NCBI GenBank assembly: GCA_050290185.1
Contig: JBNKHE010000007.1
Span: 128,001 to 192,000 of the forward strand
Source: Pontiella sp.
GTDB lineage: Bacteria; Verrucomicrobiota; Kiritimatiellia; Kiritimatiellales; Pontiellaceae
Length of the DNA: 64,000 nt
Direction: 5' to 3'
The position numbers and the translations under genes are program-made. Under the pieces are notes generated by a model. The model had not been told where the DNA came from. It saw nothing but the letters and a program-made list of their open reading frames with translations, and did no database searches. Shown in pieces: positions 29,041-37,794 of this stretch (within the stretch, counting starts at the first letter, position 1; each line of letters begins with the position of its first letter).

Positions 29041-29204
29041 GCACGAAGGAAATTATAGATAGGCCGCTATCAGAAAAAACGCTCAATCGGATTGAGAATG
29101 GAAAGGTTGAATTTTTGACGGTATGGCCAATATGCCAGCCTCTCGCGCCAAGGCACATCGCTTCCAAAAGACTAATGGATATAGTGACTGGCGGTGTGAA
29201 ATGA
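29037..29204 (+). CDS. Phage hypothetical protein
   Basis: ATGA coupling at both ends. Confidence 0.45.
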   Translation: MSTKEIIDRPLSEKTLNRIENGKVEFLTVWPICQPLAPRHIASKRLMDIVTGGVK

Positions 29205-30961
29205 GTCCACAAGCGGGATTTGGGTTTCTGGATGAATGGCGGACGGAATCAAAACCAGTTGCGAAAGATGGCGAGTTGGTGGTGGATCTGTTTTGCGGCG
29301 GCGGCGGGGCATCGGTCGGGATCGAGGAAGCGATCGGAACTGCGGTAGACATCGCAATTAACCACTCAAAAGATGCGATCTACTACCACGAGCGGAACCA
29401 TCCGACCACGGAGCACTACACTACCGATGTCTTTGACGTGAATCCGCTGGGCGCAACGCGCGGTCGACCGGTGGGACTGCTTTGGCTTTCTCCGGACTGT
29501 ACGCACTTTTCAAAGGCGAAGGGCAAAGCCCCGAAAAAGAAGAACATTCGTAGCTTGGCTACAGTGGGTCTTTGGTGGGCGCGCCTTGTTCGCCCGCGGG
29601 TGATCGTGCTGGAGAACGTCGAAGAGTTCATGACGTGGGGCCGGCTGGACAAGCGGACCAACCAGCCAGACAAACGCAAGAGCGGCGAATATTTCCACAA
29701 GTTCGTGCGCCGGCTGGAACAGCATGGCTACCAGGTTGAATGGCGTGTACGCAAAGCATGCGACCGAGGAGCCCCGACAATCCGCAAACGGTTCTATCTG
29801 GTTGCGCGGTGCGATGGTGAGCCGATTGTATGGACAAAGCAGACGCACGGCAAACGCCGCGGCCTGAAGCCATATCATACCGCTGCCGAGTGCATTGACT
29901 TCAGCAAGCCGGCGGTTTCCATCTTCGCCACAAAAGAAGAGTGCAAAGCGGCTGGAATCCGCGCGGTGCGCCCATTGGCGGACAACACCATGCAGCGGGT
30001 TGCTCGCGGGGTCTGGAAATACGTCATCGACAATCCGGATCCGTTTATCGTTCCGCCCGGGAAGATGCCCTTCATCACGGAGATGGCGAACGGTTCAAGC
30101 CAGCGCAACATGCCGGCGGATGAACCGCTTCGGACTGTATGCGCCCAGGTCAAGGGCGGTCACTTTGCCTTGGTAGATGCGCTCCTTGAAAAGCACGCGC
30201 CGGCGGAAGTTCAAAGCGCCTTCATTGCGAAGAACTATACCGGAGTGACCGGTACCGACCTACGCGCGCCGCTGGGGGCCGTCACCGGTATTGATCATCA
30301 TTCATTGGTTGCCTGCCATCTGGAGCGGATGCACGGAACGGCGAAGGGCGATCCGATAACCGAGCCGATCGGGGCAATTCTGGCGGATGGGTTGCACCAC
30401 GGGCTCGTGGCCTGCCATCTGGAACAGATGAACGGGGAAAGTACCGGGCTCTCTGTAAATGATCCAATCACGGCCATTACCGCCCAGGTGAACAAGCACG
30501 CTTTGGTTACCTCGCACCTGATGAAGTACCACAAGACGCAGGGCAATGAATCGCGGTGCCATGATCTGCGTGAGCCCATGCCGACGGTGGACGGAAGCAA
30601 CCGGTTTGCCGAGGTCCGCGCGTTCCTCATCAAATACTATGGGCAGGGATGCGGGCAGATCATTGACGGCCCGATCGGCACCATTACCGCACAGGACCGC
30701 TTCGGGTTGGTTCTGGTGAAGGGAGAGCTTTACCGGATCGTGGATATCCTTCTGCGCATGCTCGATCCCGACGAGCTGCTGAAGTGCCAGTTCGGGCGCT
30801 TTGCCGACGGCTACCAGATTGACGGACTCACGAAAACCAAAGCGGTGAAGATGATTGGGAACAGCGTATGCCCGACCGAAGCCTATGACATCGTGAAGGC
30901 CAATTTTAAGCGGAAATCGGCGCGGCAGCTCCAGGCGGCAGAAGAGGCGGTGGCGGCGTGA
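29201..30961 (+). CDS. DNA (cytosine-5) methyltransferase
   Basis: DLFCGGGG, SPDCTHFS, LENVEEF, RKRFYLVA, IGNSVCP. Confidence 0.93.
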   Translation: MSPQAGFGFLDEWRTESKPVAKDGELVVDLFCGGGGASVGIEEAIGTAVDIAINHSKDAIYYHERNHPTTEHYTTDVFDVNPLGATRGRPVGLLWLSPDCTHFSKAKGKAPKKKNIRSLATVGLWWARLVRPRVIVLENVEEFMTWGRLDKRTNQPDKRKSGEYFHKFVRRLEQHGYQVEWRVRKACDRGAPTIRKRFYLVARCDGEPIVWTKQTHGKRRGLKPYHTAAECIDFSKPAVSIFATKEECKAAGIRAVRPLADNTMQRVARGVWKYVIDNPDPFIVPPGKMPFITEMANGSSQRNMPADEPLRTVCAQVKGGHFALVDALLEKHAPAEVQSAFIAKNYTGVTGTDLRAPLGAVTGIDHHSLVACHLERMHGTAKGDPITEPIGAILADGLHHGLVACHLEQMNGESTGLSVNDPITAITAQVNKHALVTSHLMKYHKTQGNESRCHDLREPMPTVDGSNRFAEVRAFLIKYYGQGCGQIIDGPIGTITAQDRFGLVLVKGELYRIVDILLRMLDPDELLKCQFGRFADGYQIDGLTKTKAVKMIGNSVCPTEAYDIVKANFKRKSARQLQAAEEAVAA

Positions 30962-31188
30962 GTAGGTATGCGCATTTGATCGGCAATCGGCACAACCCGA
31001 AAGGGAATCCCAATCCGGGAAACATGCGTCCATGCATTGTGCGCGATGGTGATGTTGAAACGCGATATCCGAGCGTTGCGGCGGTTGCGCGGGCTCTGGG
31101 AATGAAGCAGGAACAGGTGCATGGGATGCTTTCAGGGCGGTGCGGAAAGCGCAGCCGGTTCAAGGTTGAATATGCGGAAGGGGTGTAA
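30958..31188 (+). CDS. Small HTH (NUMOD1-like) protein
   Basis: YPSVAAVARALGM motif. Confidence 0.5.
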   Translation: MSRYAHLIGNRHNPKGNPNPGNMRPCIVRDGDVETRYPSVAAVARALGMKQEQVHGMLSGRCGKRSRFKVEYAEGV

Positions 31189-31190
31189 GC

Positions 31191-31403
31191 GTGAAGCCAT
31201 TGGATTTGATTCATGGGATTAATGTGCAGTGCGGTTGGTGCCCAACTTCACAGTTCATCGACACATCCGACCGAGACGTGGCGGAGCGTATTGCGAGGGA
31301 AAGTGGATGGCGGAATGTGCGGACCAATGATGAAGAGGGAACAGCGTGCCCTAGCTGTCGGCGTGAGAAGTCTGACGCTGGTGTCATCAAGGAGGTTTGC
31401 TAG
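31191..31403 (+). CDS. Small zinc-ribbon protein
   Basis: CGWC...GW...CPSC. Confidence 0.55.
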   Translation: MKPLDLIHGINVQCGWCPTSQFIDTSDRDVAERIARESGWRNVRTNDEEGTACPSCRREKSDAGVIKEVC

Positions 31404-32149
31404 TGACGCCGTACTACGAAGATTCGAGTTGTGTGATTTATCACGGGGATTGCCGGGAAGTACTGGCGTCTCTGGACCTGCAGGCGGACTTGGTGCTTAC
31501 GGACCCGCCGTACAGCTCGGGCGGACTGACGCGGAGCGATCGGAACCAGAAGACCACGGCGAAATACCAGCTGACATCGAACGTTTCGTATCATCCGGAG
31601 TTTTCGGGCGACAACCGGGATCAGCGCTCGTTTCTGCTTTGGTGTGATTTGTGGATGCGTGACTGCCTGGCGAAGTCGAAGGCGGGCACGGTGCTGATAT
31701 CGTTCACGGACTGGCGGCAGTTGCCGACGATGGTTGACGCGGTGCAGGTTGCCGGCTGGGTGTACCGCGGCATAAACGTCTGGGACAAGACGGAAAGCGC
31801 GCGCCCCCAGAAGGGGTGGTTCCGTGCGCAAGCGGAGTACATGGTACTTGCATCGGCGGGCCCGCTGGATGCCGATCCGACCGGACAGTGTGCGCCTGGT
31901 GTTTTTCGCCAGCGGGTGGTGCCGAATGAAAAACTGCACATGACGGCAAAGCCGGTTTCCCTCCTTTCCTCGATTATCCAGACCTCGCCGAAGTTCCAGC
32001 TCGTGGTGGATCCGTTCATGGGATCGGGCACCACGTTGCGCGCGGCTAAGGATCTGGGCCGGCGGGCGATCGGCATCGAGGCGGAAGAGTGCTTTTGCGA
32101 GATCGCGGCGCGGAGCCTGGAGCAGGAACAACTCGGGCTGGGGGTGTAA
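31397..32149 (+). CDS. DNA methyltransferase (N6-adenine/N4-cytosine, beta class)
   Basis: GDC, TDPPY, H..AKP, DPFMGSGTT. Confidence 0.92.
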   Translation: MLVTPYYEDSSCVIYHGDCREVLASLDLQADLVLTDPPYSSGGLTRSDRNQKTTAKYQLTSNVSYHPEFSGDNRDQRSFLLWCDLWMRDCLAKSKAGTVLISFTDWRQLPTMVDAVQVAGWVYRGINVWDKTESARPQKGWFRAQAEYMVLASAGPLDADPTGQCAPGVFRQRVVPNEKLHMTAKPVSLLSSIIQTSPKFQLVVDPFMGSGTTLRAAKDLGRRAIGIEAEECFCEIAARSLEQEQLGLGV

Positions 32150-32151
32150 TC

Positions 32152-32349
32152 ATGTGCGATTGCTGGATGGAAAAGGGCGTTAAACGGGTTGGGCGGTGCC
32201 AGTACCGGTGCGCGGGGTGCGGCGCTGATATTTCGGACGTGTTCCTGATGGCGGCGGTTGCCGATGAGGCTTTTGCGGACGATCTAATTGAACGTGGGTC
32301 TTTCACCACAGAGGGCACAGAGGGCCACAGAGAAAGGGAACAGGCATGA
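32152..32349 (+). CDS. Small Cys-rich phage protein
   Basis: CDC...CAGC; coupled to def. Confidence 0.45.
   Translation: MCDCWMEKGVKRVGRCQYRCAGCGADISDVFLMAAVADEAFADDLIERGSFTTEGTEGHREREQA
32301..32332 (+). repeat. Dispersed CACAGAG repeat, copy 2
   Basis: TTTCACCACAGAGGGCACAGAGGGCCACAGAG. Confidence 0.8.
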
Positions 32350-32804
32350 GACGGGACATTATTACGGTTGATGATGAGGGCGGCAGGGAGGCTTTAACAG
32401 CGCCTTGCTTCGAGGTTCCGGAAGATCAGGCGATTATCAAGTCGCTGTTCGATGACCTGCTGGACACGGCGAAGTGGTGCGAGCAGCACCATACGATGGG
32501 ATGCCTTGCGGTTTCGGCGAACCAGATAGGGGACCAGTACAACGCCTTTGTCATGAAGTTTGGCAGCGATTGGCTTTCGATCATGAATCCGATCGTTGTT
32601 TCGGCATCGGACCAGAAGCGCCCGAGTGCCGAGCGGTGCCTGAGTCTACCGAAGCGCCCGGCCATTACGCGCATGCGGCACAAGGTCATAAAGATCCAAT
32701 GGACCGACCCGGCCACGGGACGGGAGATGAGCCGGAAGTTCCACGACCGCGATGCGCGGGTGGTACAGCATGAGATGGATCATGGCCGCGGTGTGTTGAT
32801 TTAA
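32346..32804 (+). CDS. def: Phage-encoded peptide deformylase (divergent)
   Basis: SANQIG, MNP, ERCLS, QHEMDH. Confidence 0.85.
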   Translation: MRRDIITVDDEGGREALTAPCFEVPEDQAIIKSLFDDLLDTAKWCEQHHTMGCLAVSANQIGDQYNAFVMKFGSDWLSIMNPIVVSASDQKRPSAERCLSLPKRPAITRMRHKVIKIQWTDPATGREMSRKFHDRDARVVQHEMDHGRGVLI

Positions 32805-32834
32805 CCAATGGGATGAACAGGAAAGGGAAAAGCA

Positions 32835-33251
32835 ATGAAGATAGATACTGGAAATGTGGAACTCGAAGGCGTCGCAGTCTTTTCGGATGGGTCCGGAACT
32901 GCGCTGGAAAATATAGAATGGGCGGAAAAGCACCTTACGAGGAGCGAAGAGGTGATTGCCACGCTGAAGCGCTTTATTGAGAAGCATCTGGAGACCTTGA
33001 AGGGGGTTTCTTGGTCAGTTGGGTATGGTGACGCAGAAATACTTCTTCGGCACGGTTCATATCTTGGAAAGCCCGCCTCTCCGAAGGATATCGCTCGGCT
33101 TTTCCCAAACGCCTGCTGGAAGCGCGAGCAGAAATCATACGACCGCGAGAATATCCATTATGTCGCTGAAGTTGATGGTGTGACGCTCCGCATTGAGTGC
33201 GCCGAGAAGGTTCCCAATCCTACCGCAAAAACCGGTAGGGTGGAGCTGTGA
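32835..33251 (+). CDS. Phage hypothetical protein
   Basis: 138-aa ORF in the operon, coupled to the next gene. Confidence 0.6.
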   Translation: MKIDTGNVELEGVAVFSDGSGTALENIEWAEKHLTRSEEVIATLKRFIEKHLETLKGVSWSVGYGDAEILLRHGSYLGKPASPKDIARLFPNACWKREQKSYDRENIHYVAEVDGVTLRIECAEKVPNPTAKTGRVEL

Positions 33252-34906
33252 AGGCATTAACGATCAAACAGCCTTGGGCGTGGTGCATTGTTGCGGACGC
33301 GATACCGGACAACCTGAAAAAGGACGTTGAGAACCGTTCACGCCGGCTGGGTCATCGCGGCATGTTGGCGATCCATGCAGGCAAGTCATTCGATGATGAG
33401 GGCTATGACTTCATTAAACGTGAATTTCAGGACATCGAGCTTCCATCAAAGGATGAATTTCAAATGGGCGGAATAGTCGGCGTGGTGGACATGGTTGATT
33501 GCGTTGAGCAGTCGGAAAGCCGCTGGTTCTTCGGGCCGTTCGGCTATGTCTTCGAGGAAGCGGTGGAGATCGAATTAATTCCAATGACTGGGAAGCAGGG
33601 GCTTTTCGAGGTTGGTGAAATTAAAATTAAACGGAAGGGAACGGAACAAATGGCAGAAGAAAAAACAGTTGAAGAAGTCGAGCGCGGTGCATGCGGCAAC
33701 AAGGGATGCAATTTCCATGATGATAATCTTCCGGAGAATTGCGGCGGAGCCAATTCGGCAGGTGATCCGGTTTTTTCTGATTGTGAAAAGTGGATGCTTT
33801 GCATCGATTCGCTGCCGAAGGCGGACGTTGTTTCGAAGACGGCGCGGAAGCTGCCGGTAAGGTTGAACGATGCCCAGATCGCCGAACGTGCGCGGGAAGC
33901 GGCGGATATTGTGCACAGTGCCCGCGAACTGGAAGAGAAGATTTCGGCGCTGAAAAAGAGTTACGGCGATACCATCAAGAGTCTACGTGTCCGGGCTGAT
34001 GAACTGAGCGAGGAAATCCATTGCGGCGAGATCGAGCTAAACGTGGATTGCCTGATTCGCAAGACGTTCGACACCGGCCTTTATGAAGTGATCCGGCTGG
34101 ATAACAACACGGTCATTGAATCCCGCCCTCTGAATCCCGATGAACTGCAGGCGGAACTGGATATGTGGCTGGGTCTGGATGAGACCGGCGAATTGATGGA
34201 TATGGCGGAGGCCTTCATCCGGTCAACGAAGCGCGCGACTGCGAGCCATCTACAGCGCAAGTTTGGTCTGGGAGTGAACCAGGCTGAAACGTTGATTATC
34301 GAGCTGGCCCAGCGCGGTGTGCTTGGCCCTGCCGATGACAAGGGCGAGCGCGCGATTCTTGAAATCGAAGCAGAGGAACCGCCCGCCGATCCGGAGGAGG
34401 ATGAAACCTTTCGCGCGGTGTTCGAGGCGCAGGTTCAGGATGCGATTGAGCTCATTCGCAAGTCGGGGCGTGTTTCCACGGCCATGGTACAGCGCGGCCT
34501 TAAGCTGGGTTATACGCGCGTCTGCAAGATTATGGATGAACTCGAAGACCGGAAGATCATCGGGCCGGTGAAGGATAATGCCCCGCGCGATATCCTCATC
34601 GAGGTTGAAGTGCCCGAGCTCGGAAACCCGTTTGAGCTGGTGAACGCCGCGGCATCGATCGTTGAGGCGCTTATGCAGCGCCGTGAAGAACTGAAGCAGC
34701 TCCCGGGCGATTATGAAGAGGCGATCGGTGCCTATAAGCTGGCGGTGCTTGAAGAGATGGAGAAAACGAAGGGCGAGCCACTTAATACTGCCCTTGATCT
34801 TGCCCGGAAAGTCGAAGCCGATGGCGGCGCCGCAATTGAGGTCAGCATGATGCTGGTTGCCGGCCTTGAAGTGAGCGAGGAAAAGCCCAAATCCGAGGAA
34901 GAGTGA
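33248..34906 (+). CDS. ASCH-domain protein fused to tandem FtsK-gamma-like domains
   Basis: MKALTIKQPWA...KDVENRS...IHAGK (ASCH); ASHLQRKFGLG and STAMVQRGLKLGYTRVCKIMDELEDRKIIGP (FtsK gamma). Confidence 0.75.
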   Translation: MKALTIKQPWAWCIVADAIPDNLKKDVENRSRRLGHRGMLAIHAGKSFDDEGYDFIKREFQDIELPSKDEFQMGGIVGVVDMVDCVEQSESRWFFGPFGYVFEEAVEIELIPMTGKQGLFEVGEIKIKRKGTEQMAEEKTVEEVERGACGNKGCNFHDDNLPENCGGANSAGDPVFSDCEKWMLCIDSLPKADVVSKTARKLPVRLNDAQIAERAREAADIVHSARELEEKISALKKSYGDTIKSLRVRADELSEEIHCGEIELNVDCLIRKTFDTGLYEVIRLDNNTVIESRPLNPDELQAELDMWLGLDETGELMDMAEAFIRSTKRATASHLQRKFGLGVNQAETLIIELAQRGVLGPADDKGERAILEIEAEEPPADPEEDETFRAVFEAQVQDAIELIRKSGRVSTAMVQRGLKLGYTRVCKIMDELEDRKIIGPVKDNAPRDILIEVEVPELGNPFELVNAAASIVEALMQRREELKQLPGDYEEAIGAYKLAVLEEMEKTKGEPLNTALDLARKVEADGGAAIEVSMMLVAGLEVSEEKPKSEEE

Positions 34907-35364
34907 TGAGCACGGTTTTCGGAGTTTTAGGGGCGCTGGTATTGTCACTTATATTCATGGTTTGGTTACGCTGCATTGCTTGTTTCGTGGTTAAGGCAAT
35001 GGTGCCTGAAATAAAAGAAGCTGAAAAACGGCGTATTCTTATCTCAATGTATCATGCCTCTTGGTGGTATTCGGAAAGTCCGGAGGCCATGCTGGCAATT
35101 CAGACGTTACGGGATCAGTTGGCGCGCGGTAATATCTACCACAACCAGTTGGATCCGCGCGAAGCATGGCGCAAGGCCATTGAAGAGCTGCCGAAAGCGC
35201 CATCCGAATTGGATCGGTTGCGGGAAATCGTAAAGCGCATGGATATGGCGGCTCCGGTTGCCGATGATTCGTGTGATGAACCGGGAATATCGCTTTCCGA
35301 GGCCTACCGCCGGCAGTTGATCGATGAAGGGCATCCGCTATTCACGGAAGGCGGTGCGGCATGA
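34903..35364 (+). CDS. Phage hypothetical membrane-anchored protein
   Basis: N-terminal TM helix; coupled start and stop. Confidence 0.55.
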   Translation: MMSTVFGVLGALVLSLIFMVWLRCIACFVVKAMVPEIKEAEKRRILISMYHASWWYSESPEAMLAIQTLRDQLARGNIYHNQLDPREAWRKAIEELPKAPSELDRLREIVKRMDMAAPVADDSCDEPGISLSEAYRRQLIDEGHPLFTEGGAA

Positions 35365-35993
35365 GCTACACGCCGATGGTTAGCGGGGCGAAGGTGGATC
35401 TTCTGAATCCCGCTCCTGAGTCTATCCGGCTGCTGGATATGTCGATCGGTCTGGGGCGGTTGCCGCGGTATCTTGGGCAATACGACGCACCGCACTACTC
35501 GGTTGCCGAGCATTGCGTGGTGATGGCGCTCCAGGCACCGCGAGAGGAGGCGATTTATCATCTGTTGCATGACGGCCACGAGTATGTGACCGGAGATATG
35601 CCGCACCCCATGAAACAGCTGTTCCCCGGCGTGGTCGAGATCGAGGAGCGGATCCAGTCCGCCATCTATAAAAGCATGAATCTGGATGAGCCGAGTACGG
35701 AGCTGAAGGAACGGATTCACCTCTTTGATATGCGGATGCGGTCAACCGAAAAGCTGTTGATTATCAACGATGATACCGAGTGGGACCATTCAGATCATGC
35801 GCCGCCATTCGACGTGAGGTTGCTGTGCTGGGACTCGGAAACCGCGGCCAGCAAATGGATGGCGCTCTTCGCGGATATCTATGCCGAATACATCCGCAAC
35901 CGCCAAGCGGCGGCTTATAGGAATCTGGATGTTAGGACGGCGGAACAGCGCCGTCGGGATTCCGAGCAGCATTATCAAGGAAAGGTGCGGTAG
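35361..35993 (+). CDS. HD-domain phosphohydrolase (YfdR/YfbR-like)
   Basis: RYLG...YSVAEHC, LLHDGHEYVTGD..P.K. Confidence 0.85.
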   Translation: MSYTPMVSGAKVDLLNPAPESIRLLDMSIGLGRLPRYLGQYDAPHYSVAEHCVVMALQAPREEAIYHLLHDGHEYVTGDMPHPMKQLFPGVVEIEERIQSAIYKSMNLDEPSTELKERIHLFDMRMRSTEKLLIINDDTEWDHSDHAPPFDVRLLCWDSETAASKWMALFADIYAEYIRNRQAAAYRNLDVRTAEQRRRDSEQHYQGKVR

Positions 35994-35996
35994 GGA

Positions 35997-36028
35997 TTTT
36001 CTCACACAGAGAGCACAGAGGCACGGAG
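35997..36028 (+). repeat. Dispersed CACAGAG repeat, copy 3 (variant)
   Basis: TTTTCTCACACAGAGAGCACAGAGGCACGGAG, directly before an ATG. Confidence 0.7.
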
Positions 36029-36178
36029 ATGGATCAGGAACCACTTAATAAGCAGAAGACACCTAATATTTGTACCGAGTGCATGGCGCGTGAGTTTTGC
36101 AGCAGGCGCGTGCTGGTGGAGGGGTTCCTTAAGGTTTGCAGTTATCGGATTCATAAAGACGAAGGCGGTGCGGAATGA
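36029..36178 (+). CDS. Small Cys-rich phage protein (49 aa)
   Basis: MDQEPLN...CTEC...C...C; ATGA overlap with the next gene; below the ORF-track length cutoff. Confidence 0.45.
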   Translation: MDQEPLNKQKTPNICTECMAREFCSRRVLVEGFLKVCSYRIHKDEGGAE

Positions 36179-36495
36179 AGCGGAACATGCACGAGAACAG
36201 TTTGGCGGCCTACGGTCAGGAGCGGGCGCATCTTAGCGATCGCGCCTTCCGGATTTACAAGCTGCTGGCTGAGCATCCGGAGCCGATGACCGATCGGCAG
36301 ATTATGGAGACGCTGGGCTTTCATGAGCCGAATGCGGTACGGCCTCGAATTACCGAGCTGGTGAACAAGCATGGTCTGGTTTGCGAGGTGGGGAAGGTGT
36401 GCTGTCCGGTGACCGGCAAGGCGGTGCGGGAAGTTCAGGCGAAGGTGCATGTATTTCAGGAGGATGCGGCGGGGCAGGGTGCATTTAATTTTTAA
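36175..36495 (+). CDS. Winged-helix DNA-binding protein
   Basis: MTDRQI...NAVRPRITELV. Confidence 0.65.
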   Translation: MKRNMHENSLAAYGQERAHLSDRAFRIYKLLAEHPEPMTDRQIMETLGFHEPNAVRPRITELVNKHGLVCEVGKVCCPVTGKAVREVQAKVHVFQEDAAGQGAFNF

Positions 36496-36512
36496 CCACA
36501 GAGGGCACAGAG
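36491..36512 (+). repeat. Dispersed CACAGAG repeat, copy 4
   Basis: TTTAACCACAGAGGGCACAGAG, directly before ATG 36513. Confidence 0.8.
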
Positions 36513-36731
36513 ATGAAGGTAGGAGATTTAGTAAGGCCTAAAAGTTTCGACCACCAGTTAGCCTCTGGTTGTTGCAGATATGATTTTGCTGTTGTTGTGA
36601 GAATGGAGCCCTTTGCCCTGGTATCCGAAAAAGCGGACATGCTTTGGATGTGTACGGTTAAGGCTGAAAACTTCGAGGTGTTTGGAACAGCAACGCCAGA
36701 AATGCTCAAAAGATGTATGGAGCGGATTTGA
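36513..36731 (+). CDS. Phage hypothetical protein
   Basis: MKVGDLV start; AT-richer than its neighbours. Confidence 0.55.
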   Translation: MKVGDLVRPKSFDHQLASGCCRYDFAVVVRMEPFALVSEKADMLWMCTVKAENFEVFGTATPEMLKRCMERI

Positions 36732-36734
36732 TAA

Positions 36735-37193
36735 ATGAGTACTAAGGCGGGGGCGTTACCACAAAACATCATCGATGCCATGCAACCGGCAGACCGCAAG
36801 CGGCTGGGCCTGAAGAGCACGGATGAACGTGACCAGGCGATCGAGGCCAAGGCGGAAGATGATATTCAGCGGGCGGTTGAGGCGTATTGCGTCCATCTGG
36901 GCTTCGAGAAGCTGATTGCGGAGAACATCCAGCGCGCCGAGGTGCGCCGTGGATATCCGCAGCGCGGGTGGCAATTCCACCTTTCCAAGCTGGGGGCGAA
37001 GAGGAATCCCACGCTTCCGGACATTACCCTTTTTGATTGCAAGACCGGGCGCTTCCTTTGGCTGGAGTTGAAGGCCAAGGGCGGTAAGGCGCGCCCGTTG
37101 CAGGCGGTATTGATTAAGTGCGGTTTCTGGCGCGTGTCCTACAGTGCCGAGGAGGCCTTCGGGATCGTGCAGGATTGGTTGGCAAATGGGTGA
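36735..37193 (+). CDS. VRR-NUC-like nuclease
   Basis: LPDITL...WLELKAKGGK...Q PD-(D/E)xK pattern. Confidence 0.75.
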   Translation: MSTKAGALPQNIIDAMQPADRKRLGLKSTDERDQAIEAKAEDDIQRAVEAYCVHLGFEKLIAENIQRAEVRRGYPQRGWQFHLSKLGAKRNPTLPDITLFDCKTGRFLWLELKAKGGKARPLQAVLIKCGFWRVSYSAEEAFGIVQDWLANG

Positions 37194-37746
37194 TTTGTTT
37201 CCAGGGGCCGGATATTCACACGCTGACTTGGTGCTACGCGCTGAGAAGTGGCTTTATGCTTTCGGGTGCAACGTGGTTTTCCGCGAATTTGTCGCCTACA
37301 CGCCGTCTGGAGAAATTCCAGACGCGATCGGGTGGAAAAGCGGCTTTTCAATACTGATTGAATGCAAAGCCAGCCGCTCGGATTTCCTAGCCGATAAAAA
37401 GAAGCTTTTCAGGAAATATCCAGAGCACGGAATCGGTAGCAGTCGCCTCTATATGTGCCCGCCAGACATAATCCAACCCGAAGACCTTCCGGAGGGCTGG
37501 GGTTTATTGTGGGTGCGTGGAAAGACGGTCGAGCGCGTGGTTGCGCCGAAGGGCAACACCTTCCACCGCTCACCACTGAAGCATTTTCAAGAACGCAGTA
37601 TGCAGGGCGAGGTGGCTTTGTTGGTCTCCGCCGTTCGGCGGCTGAAGATACGCGGTCATTTAGATGAGATTTATGAACCCATGCCGTCAACGCATCGACC
37701 AGTTGAAAGATCGGCGGACTGGTTCATGAAAGGTAGCGGGATTTAG
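37186..37746 (+). CDS. PD-(D/E)xK-fold phage protein (MmcB-like)
   Basis: EIPDAIGW...IECKASRSDFLAD...LPEGWGL. Confidence 0.7.
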   Translation: MGDLFPGAGYSHADLVLRAEKWLYAFGCNVVFREFVAYTPSGEIPDAIGWKSGFSILIECKASRSDFLADKKKLFRKYPEHGIGSSRLYMCPPDIIQPEDLPEGWGLLWVRGKTVERVVAPKGNTFHRSPLKHFQERSMQGEVALLVSAVRRLKIRGHLDEIYEPMPSTHRPVERSADWFMKGSGI

Positions 37747-37794
37747 TTTGGCACAGTAGGTGCGCGTGCGCGCCCATTAAGAGAGCGGGAAGAT

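Noticed and set aside
27763..36512. CRISPR array made of the CACAGAG repeats
   Set aside because: Copies are hundreds to thousands of bp apart with no regular spacers, and no cas genes were seen.
29201..37746. Restriction-modification system from the MTases plus the PD-(D/E)xK nucleases
   Set aside because: The nucleases resemble common phage VRR-NUC/MmcB-like proteins and are not adjacent to the MTases.
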